From Candidatus Krumholzibacteriia bacterium (GTDB lineage Bacteria; Krumholzibacteriota; Krumholzibacteriia; WVZY01; JAKEHA01): a stretch of 64,000 nucleotides of DNA. Below the pieces are notes generated by a model. The model was not told the origin of the DNA and searched no databases. It worked only from the letters and a program-made list of their open reading frames with translations. Shown one piece after another: positions 42,705 through 51,623 of this stretch. The stretch covers positions 1,621-65,620 of the forward strand of contig JAOUHG010000004.1 of assembly GCA_029865265.1 (NCBI GenBank), read 5' to 3'. Numbering within the stretch: the first letter of the stretch is position 1; each line of letters starts with the position of its first letter. The position numbers were made by a program, and so were the translations under genes.

Positions 42705-42861
42705 AAGCGACACTTAACATGTTGTCAAATAAAGAGATAAAATATGTGCCCGCACCACACTCGAAACACCCCCGCGGACGCAAACTTTTTGGCGCCGTTT
42801 ACGTAGATTCCACACGGTTACACTCCCGACGCACCGGGAGCAACCAGGAGGCAACCCCACG

Positions 42862-43965
42862 ATGAAGCACGGGATCGCAGGACTGGCACCGGCCGTCCTC
42901 ATCGCACTGACGGCCGTAACCGCCGTCGCCACCCCCGGCGATCGCGTCGACCGCGAAGAGAAGCGCACGGTCGCCGCAGCCGACAAGAAGGAGCTCTCGG
43001 TCAAGAACCCGCGCGGCCGTACGGTCGTGGTGGGCAAGGACGGCCTGAGAGAGGTGACCATCGTCATCACCCGCTCGGCCCGCGGACGCGATGCGGAGGA
43101 TGCGGCCAGGCTGCTGGACGATCTCGAGGTCGAGATCGAAGAGCGCGGCGACCGGGTGCAGGTGGAAACGCACGATGACGGTTCCCGCAATCGCGGCATC
43201 TGGTCCTATGTCAAGGGAGACCACCGCAGCGCGTGGGTGGACTACACCATCGAAGTGCCGCGCGGATTTCACGTGACGGCTTCGACCACCAGCGGCGAGG
43301 TGCGTGTTTCCAACATCGAAGGCAACGCGGTGGTGGCCGCAACCAGCGGCGACATCGACATTCGTGCCATCGGCGGCGATGCGGAGATAGCCGTCACCTC
43401 CGGCAACGTCGACGCGGTGGAGATCGGTGGCGACGTGGAGTTGTCCGCCACCAGCGGGGACGTGAACGTCGACAAGGTGGGTGGCAAGCTCGAGCTGGAG
43501 GGAACCAGTGGCGACTTCCAGGTAACGCGTGTGGCGGGCAATGTGACCGCACAACTCTCCAGCGGCGATTTCGTCCTGGAGGGGTGCTCGGGCAACGTGT
43601 CCTTCGACACGGCCAGCGGTGACGGTCGCATGATTGAGGTGACGGGCAGCATCGAGGCCAGCACCTCGAGCGGCGATATCGAGGTGCTCATCATGCCCAC
43701 CGCCGACCGCGTCTTCGACCTGAGTTCGTCGAGCGGCGATATTCGCGTGTACTACGTGCCGGTCAAGAACTTCGGATTCCAACTGGACGTGAAGACCGCC
43801 AACGGGTCCATCGAGGGCGATCTGCCCATCAAGGTGAGCCGGGTGGATCGCCGGCGGTTACAGGGTGTGGTGGGTTCGGGCGCCGCGCGCGTGGAAATAG
43901 AGACGGCGAGTGGCGATGTGACTATAGTGGAACAGGGCGAGTCCGCCTCGAAGAGCGGCCGCTAG
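42862..43965 (+). CDS. DUF4097-type beta-strand repeat protein (putative adhesin), secreted
   Basis: A signal peptide is followed by repeated SGDVRV / SGDIDI / SGNVDA / SGDVNV units. Confidence 0.7.
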   Translation: MKHGIAGLAPAVLIALTAVTAVATPGDRVDREEKRTVAAADKKELSVKNPRGRTVVVGKDGLREVTIVITRSARGRDAEDAARLLDDLEVEIEERGDRVQVETHDDGSRNRGIWSYVKGDHRSAWVDYTIEVPRGFHVTASTTSGEVRVSNIEGNAVVAATSGDIDIRAIGGDAEIAVTSGNVDAVEIGGDVELSATSGDVNVDKVGGKLELEGTSGDFQVTRVAGNVTAQLSSGDFVLEGCSGNVSFDTASGDGRMIEVTGSIEASTSSGDIEVLIMPTADRVFDLSSSSGDIRVYYVPVKNFGFQLDVKTANGSIEGDLPIKVSRVDRRRLQGVVGSGAARVEIETASGDVTIVEQGESASKSGR

Positions 43966-43982
43966 GACGTTGAACGAATAAT

Positions 43983-44606
43983 ATGAATTGCGAAACTGCA
44001 CAGAGTCTCATGCAATCGTACCTCGAGGGACGCCTGGCGACACTCGAGCGCAACGAGTTTGTCTACCACGTCACGGAGTGTGCGGCGTGCGAGTCCGAGG
44101 TCATCGAGTATCGCGACGTATTCCGTTGCCTGCGTGACATGCCGCGCCTGGATCCGCCACCGCGGCTGGGTGTGGCCGTCATGGCGCACCTGCACGCGGA
44201 AGGCCTCATTCACGAGCCGCGCTTCCCGTGGGCCCGCCGGGTCGCCGATCAGTACTTCGGCATTCCGACGCGCGTGCGTTACCCGTTGACGGCGGCGCTC
44301 CTGGTTGCGGTTCTCTACGTGCCGGTGGCGGTCATCCTCTCCGGCACACGGGGCTCGCTGGCCGGCGCCGCGGAGGGTTTCGCCCGCGCCATCCTGTGGG
44401 TGCAGGGGACCATTGCCTCGCTGGGCGCCGTGGCGGCTTTCGAGCCGTACGTACGTGTCACTCGAACCGTGTTTACTGCGGTGGCGGCCTATGTATCGCC
44501 GGGTATGCTGATCGCGGCCGCCATCATTGCCGCGGTGATCGTCATGTCAGCAACGCGCCACGGGCGCAGGAAGAGGCCCTCGGGTCATGCGATGTTCTCC
44601 CTATAA
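43983..44606 (+). CDS. Anti-sigma factor, zf-HC2 type, membrane-spanning
   Basis: MNCETAQSLMQSYLEG...HVTECAACESEV (H-x3-C-x2-C) is followed by several TM helices. Confidence 0.7.
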   Translation: MNCETAQSLMQSYLEGRLATLERNEFVYHVTECAACESEVIEYRDVFRCLRDMPRLDPPPRLGVAVMAHLHAEGLIHEPRFPWARRVADQYFGIPTRVRYPLTAALLVAVLYVPVAVILSGTRGSLAGAAEGFARAILWVQGTIASLGAVAAFEPYVRVTRTVFTAVAAYVSPGMLIAAAIIAAVIVMSATRHGRRKRPSGHAMFSL

Positions 44607-45756
44607 CCGGATCGCCCTCGTGAGCGCCGTGGTGTTGTTCGCGGCGGGATTTGCCGTCCTGCCGGGCGCGAACCCGGTCGCGGCATTTACACCCCAGGAC
44701 GTCGACACCATCATCATCGAGGTCCCCACACCACCACCACCGCCCGGTGTTCCCGGGACCGGTAAGAAGCGCATCGTTATCGGCGGCAGCGGTGTGCGTA
44801 TCGAGGGCGAGATCAACGAGGACGACTCGTCGGGGTTCAACTACGACTTCACCTTCGGCGAGGTCCACCACAGCGGTGACGAAGACGGCATCGTGCGGGT
44901 GGGCGAGAGCGTGTATGTGGCCCCCGGCGAGCTGGTTCCGGGTGATGTGGTGGTCTTTGGCGGCAACGCCATCATCGAGGGCACGGTGGCGGGATCCGTC
45001 GTGGTGCTGGGTGGCGAAATCCGTGTGCGCAACGGCGCCGAGATCAAGGGCGACATTGTTGCCATTGGTGGAAAGATTGCCGAGGACGAAGACGTCATCG
45101 TGCGTGGCGAGAAGATCGTGGTGGCCGGCATCGCCACCCAGATCGGTGACGATCTCGACATCACCAGCGGCAAGTTCCGCGGCATCGTATCCGCGTTCTT
45201 CCTCTTCGTGGGACTGATACTGTTCTTCATCACCATGCTGTTCCTGCGCCAGCGCGTGGAGCGGACCGGCGAATACCTGTCGGCGGGACTGCTGCGCAGC
45301 TTCGGCGCCGGGGTGCTGGCGTCCATCGCGTTGCAGTTCGTTATCTTGATAGTGACCATCCCGCTGATCATCACCGTCATCGGTATTCCGCTCGCGGTGA
45401 TCCTGTTTCTCAGCTACGTGGGCGTGTTCGTGATCGCCTGTACCGTGTTCGTCTATGCGGTCGGCCGCGCCATCGCCTCGCGCATGGGTTTCACGGGTGG
45501 CACCTTCGGCCGCCTGGCCATCGGGTTCCTGGTGCTCTCCATTCCCGAACTGGTTGCCTTTGCCTTTGACGCCATTGGTGACGGCCCCATCAGCGTCTAC
45601 GTGTTCATCAAGATCGTGAGCGTGGTGGTGTGGCTGTTCGGCTACGTCGTCGGCCTGGGTTCCATTGTTCTGAGTCGTTTCGGAACGCGCCCGCCCGTGG
45701 GCGTTGAGCCGCCCGACAGTCGCGTCCCGGAATTCGCGGCCACCCCGACCACCTGA
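44587..45756 (+). CDS. Membrane protein with bactofilin-like (polymer-forming) repeat domain
   Basis: A signal/TM segment is followed by GDVVVFGGNAIIEGTVAGSVVVLGGEIRVRNGAEIKGDIVAIGGKI and then ~5 TM helices. Confidence 0.6.
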   Translation: MRCSPYNRIALVSAVVLFAAGFAVLPGANPVAAFTPQDVDTIIIEVPTPPPPPGVPGTGKKRIVIGGSGVRIEGEINEDDSSGFNYDFTFGEVHHSGDEDGIVRVGESVYVAPGELVPGDVVVFGGNAIIEGTVAGSVVVLGGEIRVRNGAEIKGDIVAIGGKIAEDEDVIVRGEKIVVAGIATQIGDDLDITSGKFRGIVSAFFLFVGLILFFITMLFLRQRVERTGEYLSAGLLRSFGAGVLASIALQFVILIVTIPLIITVIGIPLAVILFLSYVGVFVIACTVFVYAVGRAIASRMGFTGGTFGRLAIGFLVLSIPELVAFAFDAIGDGPISVYVFIKIVSVVVWLFGYVVGLGSIVLSRFGTRPPVGVEPPDSRVPEFAATPTT

Positions 45757-45826
45757 CGGGGTTCTCCCCTCCCACCCGCGTTTTGGACTATCGCCCCCGT
45801 TTACCGGGGGCGTATCCTTATTGGGT

Positions 45827-47152
45827 ATGCGATGTTCCGTTTCGAGAGGGGCGGTGCTGTTCCTCGTGCCCCTGCTGGCCGGACTCCTCTCCATAGAATC
45901 CCGTGCCGCCGCGCAGCGCTTCGAGAGCGAGGCGTACCAGTGGGCCCAGGGCCGCATGATCGACACGGTCTACGTCCACGGCAACACGCGCGTGAAGTCC
46001 ATCGCCATCCAGCGCGAACTGGAATCGCGCCAGGGCGGGCGGATCGACGCGAACGCGGTGGAGCGCGATCAGCGCTACGTGGCCGACCTGAGCCCCTTCG
46101 CGACGGTCGCCATACACGTGGAGCCGGTGGGCGCGGACAACTGCGTAATGCACGTGGTGGTGACCGAACGCCCCGCCCTGCTGCTCAATCTCATCTACCC
46201 GGTGCTCGACTACGACATCAACACCGAGCGCCTGGTGTACGGGCTCAAGTGGTACGACCGCAACTTCCGCCGCCGGCTGGAGAGTTTCTCGCTGGACGCA
46301 AAGCGGGACAACCGCAACAACGAGTCCGCGTCGGCGTCGTGGTCAACCGCCTGGATCGGGTGGAAGCACATCGGCACCGGGTTGAATGTCGCGTACCTGA
46401 AGCGGGAGGAAGCGTCGTCGGAGCCGGGCATCATCGAACAGGCGCGGGGCGGCGTTTCGGTCTCGCTTCCGCTGACCGAGAGCCGCATTGCGTTCTCCCA
46501 GATGATCTTCGGGCTGGGGACGGCGCACAATCGCGTGGGAGTGCGCGGCCAGCAGTCCGAGGACGAGAACCTCATCAGCCCCTCCGTGGGATTTCGTTTT
46601 GATGACCGTTATGGGAGCCTCAAGGTGCGCCGCGGAACCTACTTTTATATCAACGCGGTCGCCAGCAAGGTGATCAACGGCGAACAGCAGGCCTACTACC
46701 GGGTTGACAACGACATCCGCCATTTCACACCGCTGGATGAGACCACGGTGCTCGGATTGCGCTCGCTCGCCAACATTCAACTGGGCGAGTATCCGGACTA
46801 CATCCGGTTCGGCATTGGAGGCGCGGGAGGGATCCGCGGCTACGAGCAGAGCGACTTCCGTTCCGCGCACCGCTGGATCCAGTCGCTGGAGCTGCGCATC
46901 ATGCCATGGCCGAAGTTGCTCTACCGGGTGCCGTTCCTCGGGATCACCGACTTCCAGTTCGGGCTGGTGGCCTTCGTCGACACCGGCATCGGCTGGACCA
47001 CGCCGGAGGAGTTCAAGTACGACAACTTCCACAGCGGCTTCGGCGTGGGCCTGAGGCTCTTCTCTCCCATCCAGGACGTGCTGCGGGTGGACCTCGCGTC
47101 CGGCGCGCGGGGCGGGATCCGTCCGTACTTTAGCGCCGGCAGCAACTTCTAG
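45827..47152 (+). CDS. Omp85/BamA-family outer-membrane protein (one POTRA + surface-antigen barrel)
   Basis: MRCSVSRGAVLFLVPLLAGLL (signal peptide). POTRA-like: IDTVYVHGNTRVKSIAIQRELESRQG. The barrel ends ...RPYFSAGSNF (terminal Phe). Confidence 0.7.
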   Translation: MRCSVSRGAVLFLVPLLAGLLSIESRAAAQRFESEAYQWAQGRMIDTVYVHGNTRVKSIAIQRELESRQGGRIDANAVERDQRYVADLSPFATVAIHVEPVGADNCVMHVVVTERPALLLNLIYPVLDYDINTERLVYGLKWYDRNFRRRLESFSLDAKRDNRNNESASASWSTAWIGWKHIGTGLNVAYLKREEASSEPGIIEQARGGVSVSLPLTESRIAFSQMIFGLGTAHNRVGVRGQQSEDENLISPSVGFRFDDRYGSLKVRRGTYFYINAVASKVINGEQQAYYRVDNDIRHFTPLDETTVLGLRSLANIQLGEYPDYIRFGIGGAGGIRGYEQSDFRSAHRWIQSLELRIMPWPKLLYRVPFLGITDFQFGLVAFVDTGIGWTTPEEFKYDNFHSGFGVGLRLFSPIQDVLRVDLASGARGGIRPYFSAGSNF

Positions 47153-47484
47153 CCCCTCGGCCGGGTTTTCCCCGCGCCGTACCCGCGTGTCTCATTCGAC
47201 CCGCCGCTGGGTGGCGTGACCCATCAGCCCGGTTAACGAATGAGTAAAACCTCCCAACTTGACCACTGACAACGGCTTTGCGCCATGGTTTCGAGCCGGG
47301 TCTGATGGAAATCGTCTCCATCGGCGCGCCCGCCCCCGCCATCTTAACGCCAAATTTAACAGCGAGTTGAACCCGCTCCCGGGAGGGCTTCTCCCGCGCT
47401 CTCGTCGGCCCCGGCCAGGAACCCGCCACCCGGGGAATATCGAATGCAGAACACTGGTTGGGAGGAGAATTGAGGGTTTAGCGG

Positions 47485-48528
47485 ATGAAACTCGGTATGG
47501 CGCATTTCTTGGCTCGAACGGCGATCGCAGGAGCGGTGGCGCTGGCCACCCACGCGACCCCGGCCGGTGCCGCTGCGACCCGGGTGGACCTGCACAACGG
47601 TCTCTCGGTGACCGTCTACGACGCGGGCTATCTGGCCACGCGCGTAACCACCCTGGACGGCAACCCCGCCATCCGCCTGGACGACGGCCGTTACGTGCCG
47701 GTCATCACCGACATCAACGATCCGTCGATCTGGAACAAGGGGGACGGGACGTTTCATCCCTTCACGGCGGAAGCGGCGCTTGGCGCTCTGCGGGAACTCC
47801 ACCACCCGTCGCTGAATCTCAACGTTCGCGTCTACCTGCTGCCGTACCCGCGGCGCAATGTGCTGGTGAGCTCCACCAGTGGCGCCGATGTGTTTCTCAG
47901 TCCGCACGTGCTGGACATCGATCCCTCGGTGGCGGCGTACATCGTCACGCACGAACTGGGCCACGTGTTCCACAATCGCTACATGCCCTCCGGCTCGGCG
48001 GCGTGGGACGAGTACCGGCAGCTGCGAGGCATCTCCGACCCGTCGCGCTTCCATGACACCGCCAGCCACGCCTACCGGCCCCGCGAGATCCTGGCCGAGG
48101 ACTTCCGCGTTCTGTTCGGCGGGGAAGACGCGCGCCTCGACGGCCGCGTTGAGAATGTCGAGATCGCGATGCCCGAGACGGTGGCGGGCCTGGAGAGTTT
48201 CTTCATTCGCGTGGCGCGCACCACGGTGGTGTCGCGCACGCCGGTGATTGCGGCATCGAGTTATCCCAACCCGTTCAATCCCGATACCGAGATCCGCGTG
48301 AGCATGCCCATGGAACTCGCCGATGGCAACGCGCCGGTGGCGGTGCGCATCTACTCGGTAACCGGGGCATTGGTGAAGGATCTGTACGCCGGCCGCGCGG
48401 CGGGCGATTTTGTGGTGCGCTGGGATGGAACCGACCGCGCGGGCAACGTGGTGGCGAGTGCCACCTATTATGCGGCGGTGCAGGTGGGGGACGCGCGAGA
48501 AACGGTTCGCCTGCTCCTGCTCAAGTGA
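47485..48528 (+). CDS. Secreted HEXXH zinc metallopeptidase-like protein with T9SS C-terminal sorting domain
   Basis: A signal peptide and VTHELGHVFHNRY are present. The C-terminus is SSYPNPFNPDTEIRVSM...TYYAAV...RLLLLK. Confidence 0.7.
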   Translation: MKLGMAHFLARTAIAGAVALATHATPAGAAATRVDLHNGLSVTVYDAGYLATRVTTLDGNPAIRLDDGRYVPVITDINDPSIWNKGDGTFHPFTAEAALGALRELHHPSLNLNVRVYLLPYPRRNVLVSSTSGADVFLSPHVLDIDPSVAAYIVTHELGHVFHNRYMPSGSAAWDEYRQLRGISDPSRFHDTASHAYRPREILAEDFRVLFGGEDARLDGRVENVEIAMPETVAGLESFFIRVARTTVVSRTPVIAASSYPNPFNPDTEIRVSMPMELADGNAPVAVRIYSVTGALVKDLYAGRAAGDFVVRWDGTDRAGNVVASATYYAAVQVGDARETVRLLLLK

Positions 48529-48586
48529 CGATTGTCTCCCCGGCAATGCCTGTGGCGGGGGCGCTTACATTCTCCTCCCCGACTGG

Positions 48587-49654
48587 TCAAGCTGCCCCTT
48601 CCACAGGCCTCTTCTTGTCGTTCAGGGAAAGATTCCACAGCTGACCACACGCGGCGTCGATATCGACACCGCGGCTGCGGCGCACGGTCACGGCCGGCGC
48701 CACCGGCAGCAGCCGCGCGGCGAAACGGTCGATGGCCGCCTCGTCCGGGCGGGGGAAGGGGTCCTGGCGGCCGGGGTTGTAAGGAATGAGGTTCACCTTG
48801 AAGGGCTGCCGGTGCACGCGGCGGCCCAGTTGGTCGGCGTCGGCGTCGTCCATGGTGAGTCCGGGTATCAGCACGTACTCCAGCGTGACGCGCCGCTTGC
48901 CGGAACGCGCGAAGTAGCGCGCGGCGTCGAGCAGTTCGTCTATGGAGAAGCGTGACGCCTTCGGCATCAGCTTCGCGCGCTTCTCGTCGTTGGGCGCGTT
49001 GAGCGAAAGCGCCAGCGAGCACTGCGCGTCCGAGTCCGCCAGCTCACGAATACGCTCCGGAAAACTCGACGTCGACACGGTGATGCGCTTCTCGCCCAGG
49101 TTCAACCCGGCGGGATCATTGATGGTGCGGATGGCGTCGACCACCGCGGGGAGATTGAGCAGAGGCTCGCCCATGCCCATGAAGACGATGTTGATCTTGC
49201 GCGACGGCGGACCGGCCTCGCGCTTGAGCACGCACACCTGGTCGATGATCTCGCCCGCCGTGAGATTGCGCCGGAAGCCGCCCCTCGCCGTCTCACAGAA
49301 CACACAGTCGAGCGGACATCCCACCTGCGAGGACACGCACGCGGTGCTGCGCCGGTCGTAGTGCATCAGCACCGATTCGATGCGGTTGCCGTCGGGAAGC
49401 TGGAAGAGAAACTTGCGCGTGCCGTCGACGGCGGACTGCTGCACCGAGACCGCCTGGATGCTGCGTACCAGCGCGGCTGCGCCGAGCTGCTCGCGAAACG
49501 GCGCCGGCAGGTCGCTCATGCGCGCGATGTCGTCCTCCAGGCGGCCGTACATCCAGGTGGTAAGCTGCCGGCAGCGGTACTCGGGTTCACCGCTGGCGAG
49601 GACCAGCTCGCGCAAGTCGGTGAGGGACAGGTTTCTCAGGTGGGTCATCGGCAT
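48587..49654 (-). CDS. rlmN: 23S rRNA/tRNA (adenine-C2)-methyltransferase RlmN (radical SAM)
   Basis: MPMTHLRNLSLTDLRELV...EPEYRCRQLTTWMY and SSQVGCPLDCVFCETA are present. Only the last 355 codons of ORF 48587..51169 look real. Confidence 0.9.
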   Translation of the reverse strand: MPMTHLRNLSLTDLRELVLASGEPEYRCRQLTTWMYGRLEDDIARMSDLPAPFREQLGAAALVRSIQAVSVQQSAVDGTRKFLFQLPDGNRIESVLMHYDRRSTACVSSQVGCPLDCVFCETARGGFRRNLTAGEIIDQVCVLKREAGPPSRKINIVFMGMGEPLLNLPAVVDAIRTINDPAGLNLGEKRITVSTSSFPERIRELADSDAQCSLALSLNAPNDEKRAKLMPKASRFSIDELLDAARYFARSGKRRVTLEYVLIPGLTMDDADADQLGRRVHRQPFKVNLIPYNPGRQDPFPRPDEAAIDRFAARLLPVAPAVTVRRSRGVDIDAACGQLWNLSLNDKKRPVEGAA

Positions 49655-49750
49655 GGCTTTGCGGCGCTCAGTTTGGCGTAGCCTGAATGATAGGCAATAT
49701 GGTATCCGTAAAAAAGCCCCAATCTTATTGTGTTCTAACGGATTGCATCC

Positions 49751-51136
49751 ATGCCCAGAACCATTCTGATCGCCGATGACGAGCAGGGAGTGCGCAACTC
49801 GCTGCAGCGCCTGCTCGAGTTCGAGTCCTACCGGGTGGTGATGGCCACCGACGGACCCTCGGCCCTGGCCGCGGTGCGCGATCGCCCCATCGACCTTGCC
49901 CTGGTCGACATCAAGATGCCGGGGATGGACGGGCTCGAAGTGCTTGCGCAGCTGCACTCGGACCAGCCGCAGCTGCCGGTGGTGATCATCTCCGGTCACG
50001 GCACCATCCAGACCGCGGTGGAGGCCACCCGGCTGGGGGCGTTCGACTTCGTCGAGAAGCCCATCGACGCAGACCGCCTGCTGCTGGTCATCCGCAACGG
50101 GCTCGCCCAGCGCCGGCTGCTCAAGGAAAACGTCACGCTCAAGGCCGCGGTCCGCCAGAAGACCCAGATCGTCGGCCGGCACCCCGAGATTCAGAAGATC
50201 ATGGAAACGATCCGCAAGGTCGCACCCGCCAACGCGCGCGTGCTGATCATGGGGGAGAACGGGACCGGTAAGGAGATGGTCGCCCGGGCGCTGCACGAGC
50301 TGAGCCCGCGGGCCGAGGAGCCGTTCGTGGAGGTAAACTGCGCGGCCATCCCCGAGGAACTCATCGAGAGCGAGCTGTTCGGCCACGAACGCGGGGCCTT
50401 CACGGGTGCCGTGGGCCGGCGGGTGGGCAAGTTCGAGCTTGCCGACGGCGGGACCCTCTTTCTGGACGAGGTGGGGGACATGAGCCTCAACGCCCAGGCC
50501 AAGGTGCTGCGCGTGCTGCAGGAGTCGGTCTTCGAACGGGTGGGTGGAACCGAGACCATGCGGGTGGACGTGCGCGTGATCGCCGCCACCAACAAGGACC
50601 TGCTCAAGGCGAGCAGGGAGGGGAGCTTCCGCGAGGATCTGTTCTACCGGCTCAACGTGGTACCCATTACGGTACCCCCCTTGCGCGAGCGGGCCAGCGA
50701 CATCCCCACCCTGGTGGAGTATTTCTTGCAGCAGACCGCGACGGAACTGGGCCAGGCGCCGCGCAAGGTCTCCCGGGCCGCCATGGAGCGGCTGCAGGAG
50801 TACGCCTGGCCGGGTAACGTGCGTGAATTGAAGAACATGGTTGAGCGGCTGGTGATCCTGTCCTCCGGGGCGTCCATCGAGGTCTCCGACCTGCCGGACC
50901 TGGCCGCGGCGGAGAAATCCGAGGGAAGGTATTTTGATATAGCAACTTACACCGAGTTTCGGGACGCCGTGGAGAAGGAGTTCCTGGAGCGCAAGCTCCG
51001 CCTTTTCAATCACAATGTGAGCAAGACGGCCCGGCGCCTGGGGATGCAGCGCAGCAACCTGTACAAGAAGCTCGAGAAGTTCGGAATACCATACAAAAGT
51101 GGCCGTGACGACGAGGCGGAGGAAGGGGAAAACTGA
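49751..51136 (+). CDS. Sigma54-dependent response regulator (REC + AAA+ + HTH), no adjacent kinase
   Basis: ILIADDEQ...[37 protein letters not shown] and a C-terminal Fis-type HTH are present. Confidence 0.9.
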   Translation: MPRTILIADDEQGVRNSLQRLLEFESYRVVMATDGPSALAAVRDRPIDLALVDIKMPGMDGLEVLAQLHSDQPQLPVVIISGHGTIQTAVEATRLGAFDFVEKPIDADRLLLVIRNGLAQRRLLKENVTLKAAVRQKTQIVGRHPEIQKIMETIRKVAPANARVLIMGENGTGKEMVARALHELSPRAEEPFVEVNCAAIPEELIESELFGHERGAFTGAVGRRVGKFELADGGTLFLDEVGDMSLNAQAKVLRVLQESVFERVGGTETMRVDVRVIAATNKDLLKASREGSFREDLFYRLNVVPITVPPLRERASDIPTLVEYFLQQTATELGQAPRKVSRAAMERLQEYAWPGNVRELKNMVERLVILSSGASIEVSDLPDLAAAEKSEGRYFDIATYTEFRDAVEKEFLERKLRLFNHNVSKTARRLGMQRSNLYKKLEKFGIPYKSGRDDEAEEGEN

Positions 51137-51228
51137 TTGACGGCAAACGGGTTTCGCGATTATATTCAAACGTCAGTGTTATATGCCCCGTGAGGCGTTC
51201 TCGTGTCGAGGAAGGAGATGGTTCAGGT

Positions 51229-51552
51229 ATGAAGCGGGCGGCGATTTTCATCATCGTGGTCGCCACTCTCGTGCTGGTTGGCTATCCTTCCGCCCCCTCG
51301 CTCGCCGACACTCCGAATTCCGTTTCCACAGGCAAGTCTTCCTCCTCCGGCGTGGTCACAATCGCGCCCGGCGGTTCCGTTTTGAGCGGTTCGGGAGACT
51401 CCGGTGGGGGTTCGAATGAGGGCGATGCCGACGGGTTGTCGGGACTGAAGGGTCGTCCCCCGGTTGCTACGTCCAGCGAAGCTTCCGCAGGGGTCGCGAG
51501 AGTCATGATGATGTTGGAGCAATGGTGGAAGTTCATGGTGTGGAGCCGGTAA
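51229..51552 (+). CDS. Small secreted Ser/Gly-rich protein with Trp-rich amphipathic C-terminus
   Basis: GAAGGAG lies upstream. The N-terminus MKRAAIFIIVVATLVLVGYPSAPSLA is a signal peptide. A low-complexity middle precedes the C-terminus VMMMLEQWWKFMVWSR. Confidence 0.4.
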   Translation: MKRAAIFIIVVATLVLVGYPSAPSLADTPNSVSTGKSSSSGVVTIAPGGSVLSGSGDSGGGSNEGDADGLSGLKGRPPVATSSEASAGVARVMMMLEQWWKFMVWSR

Positions 51553-51623
51553 ACGACTTCGAACCATAGGAAGCGGTTCGGAATCGTTTTACCCTAACCG
51601 TCAACCACTTACTCGAGGATTCA

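Noticed and set aside
48587-51169. An 860-aa ORF on the minus strand, considered as a single gene.
   Set aside because: Only the last 355 codons (from MPMTHL at 49654) are RlmN. The upstream 505 codons are antisense to the well-supported sigma54 regulator gene (49751..51136) and have shadow-frame composition.
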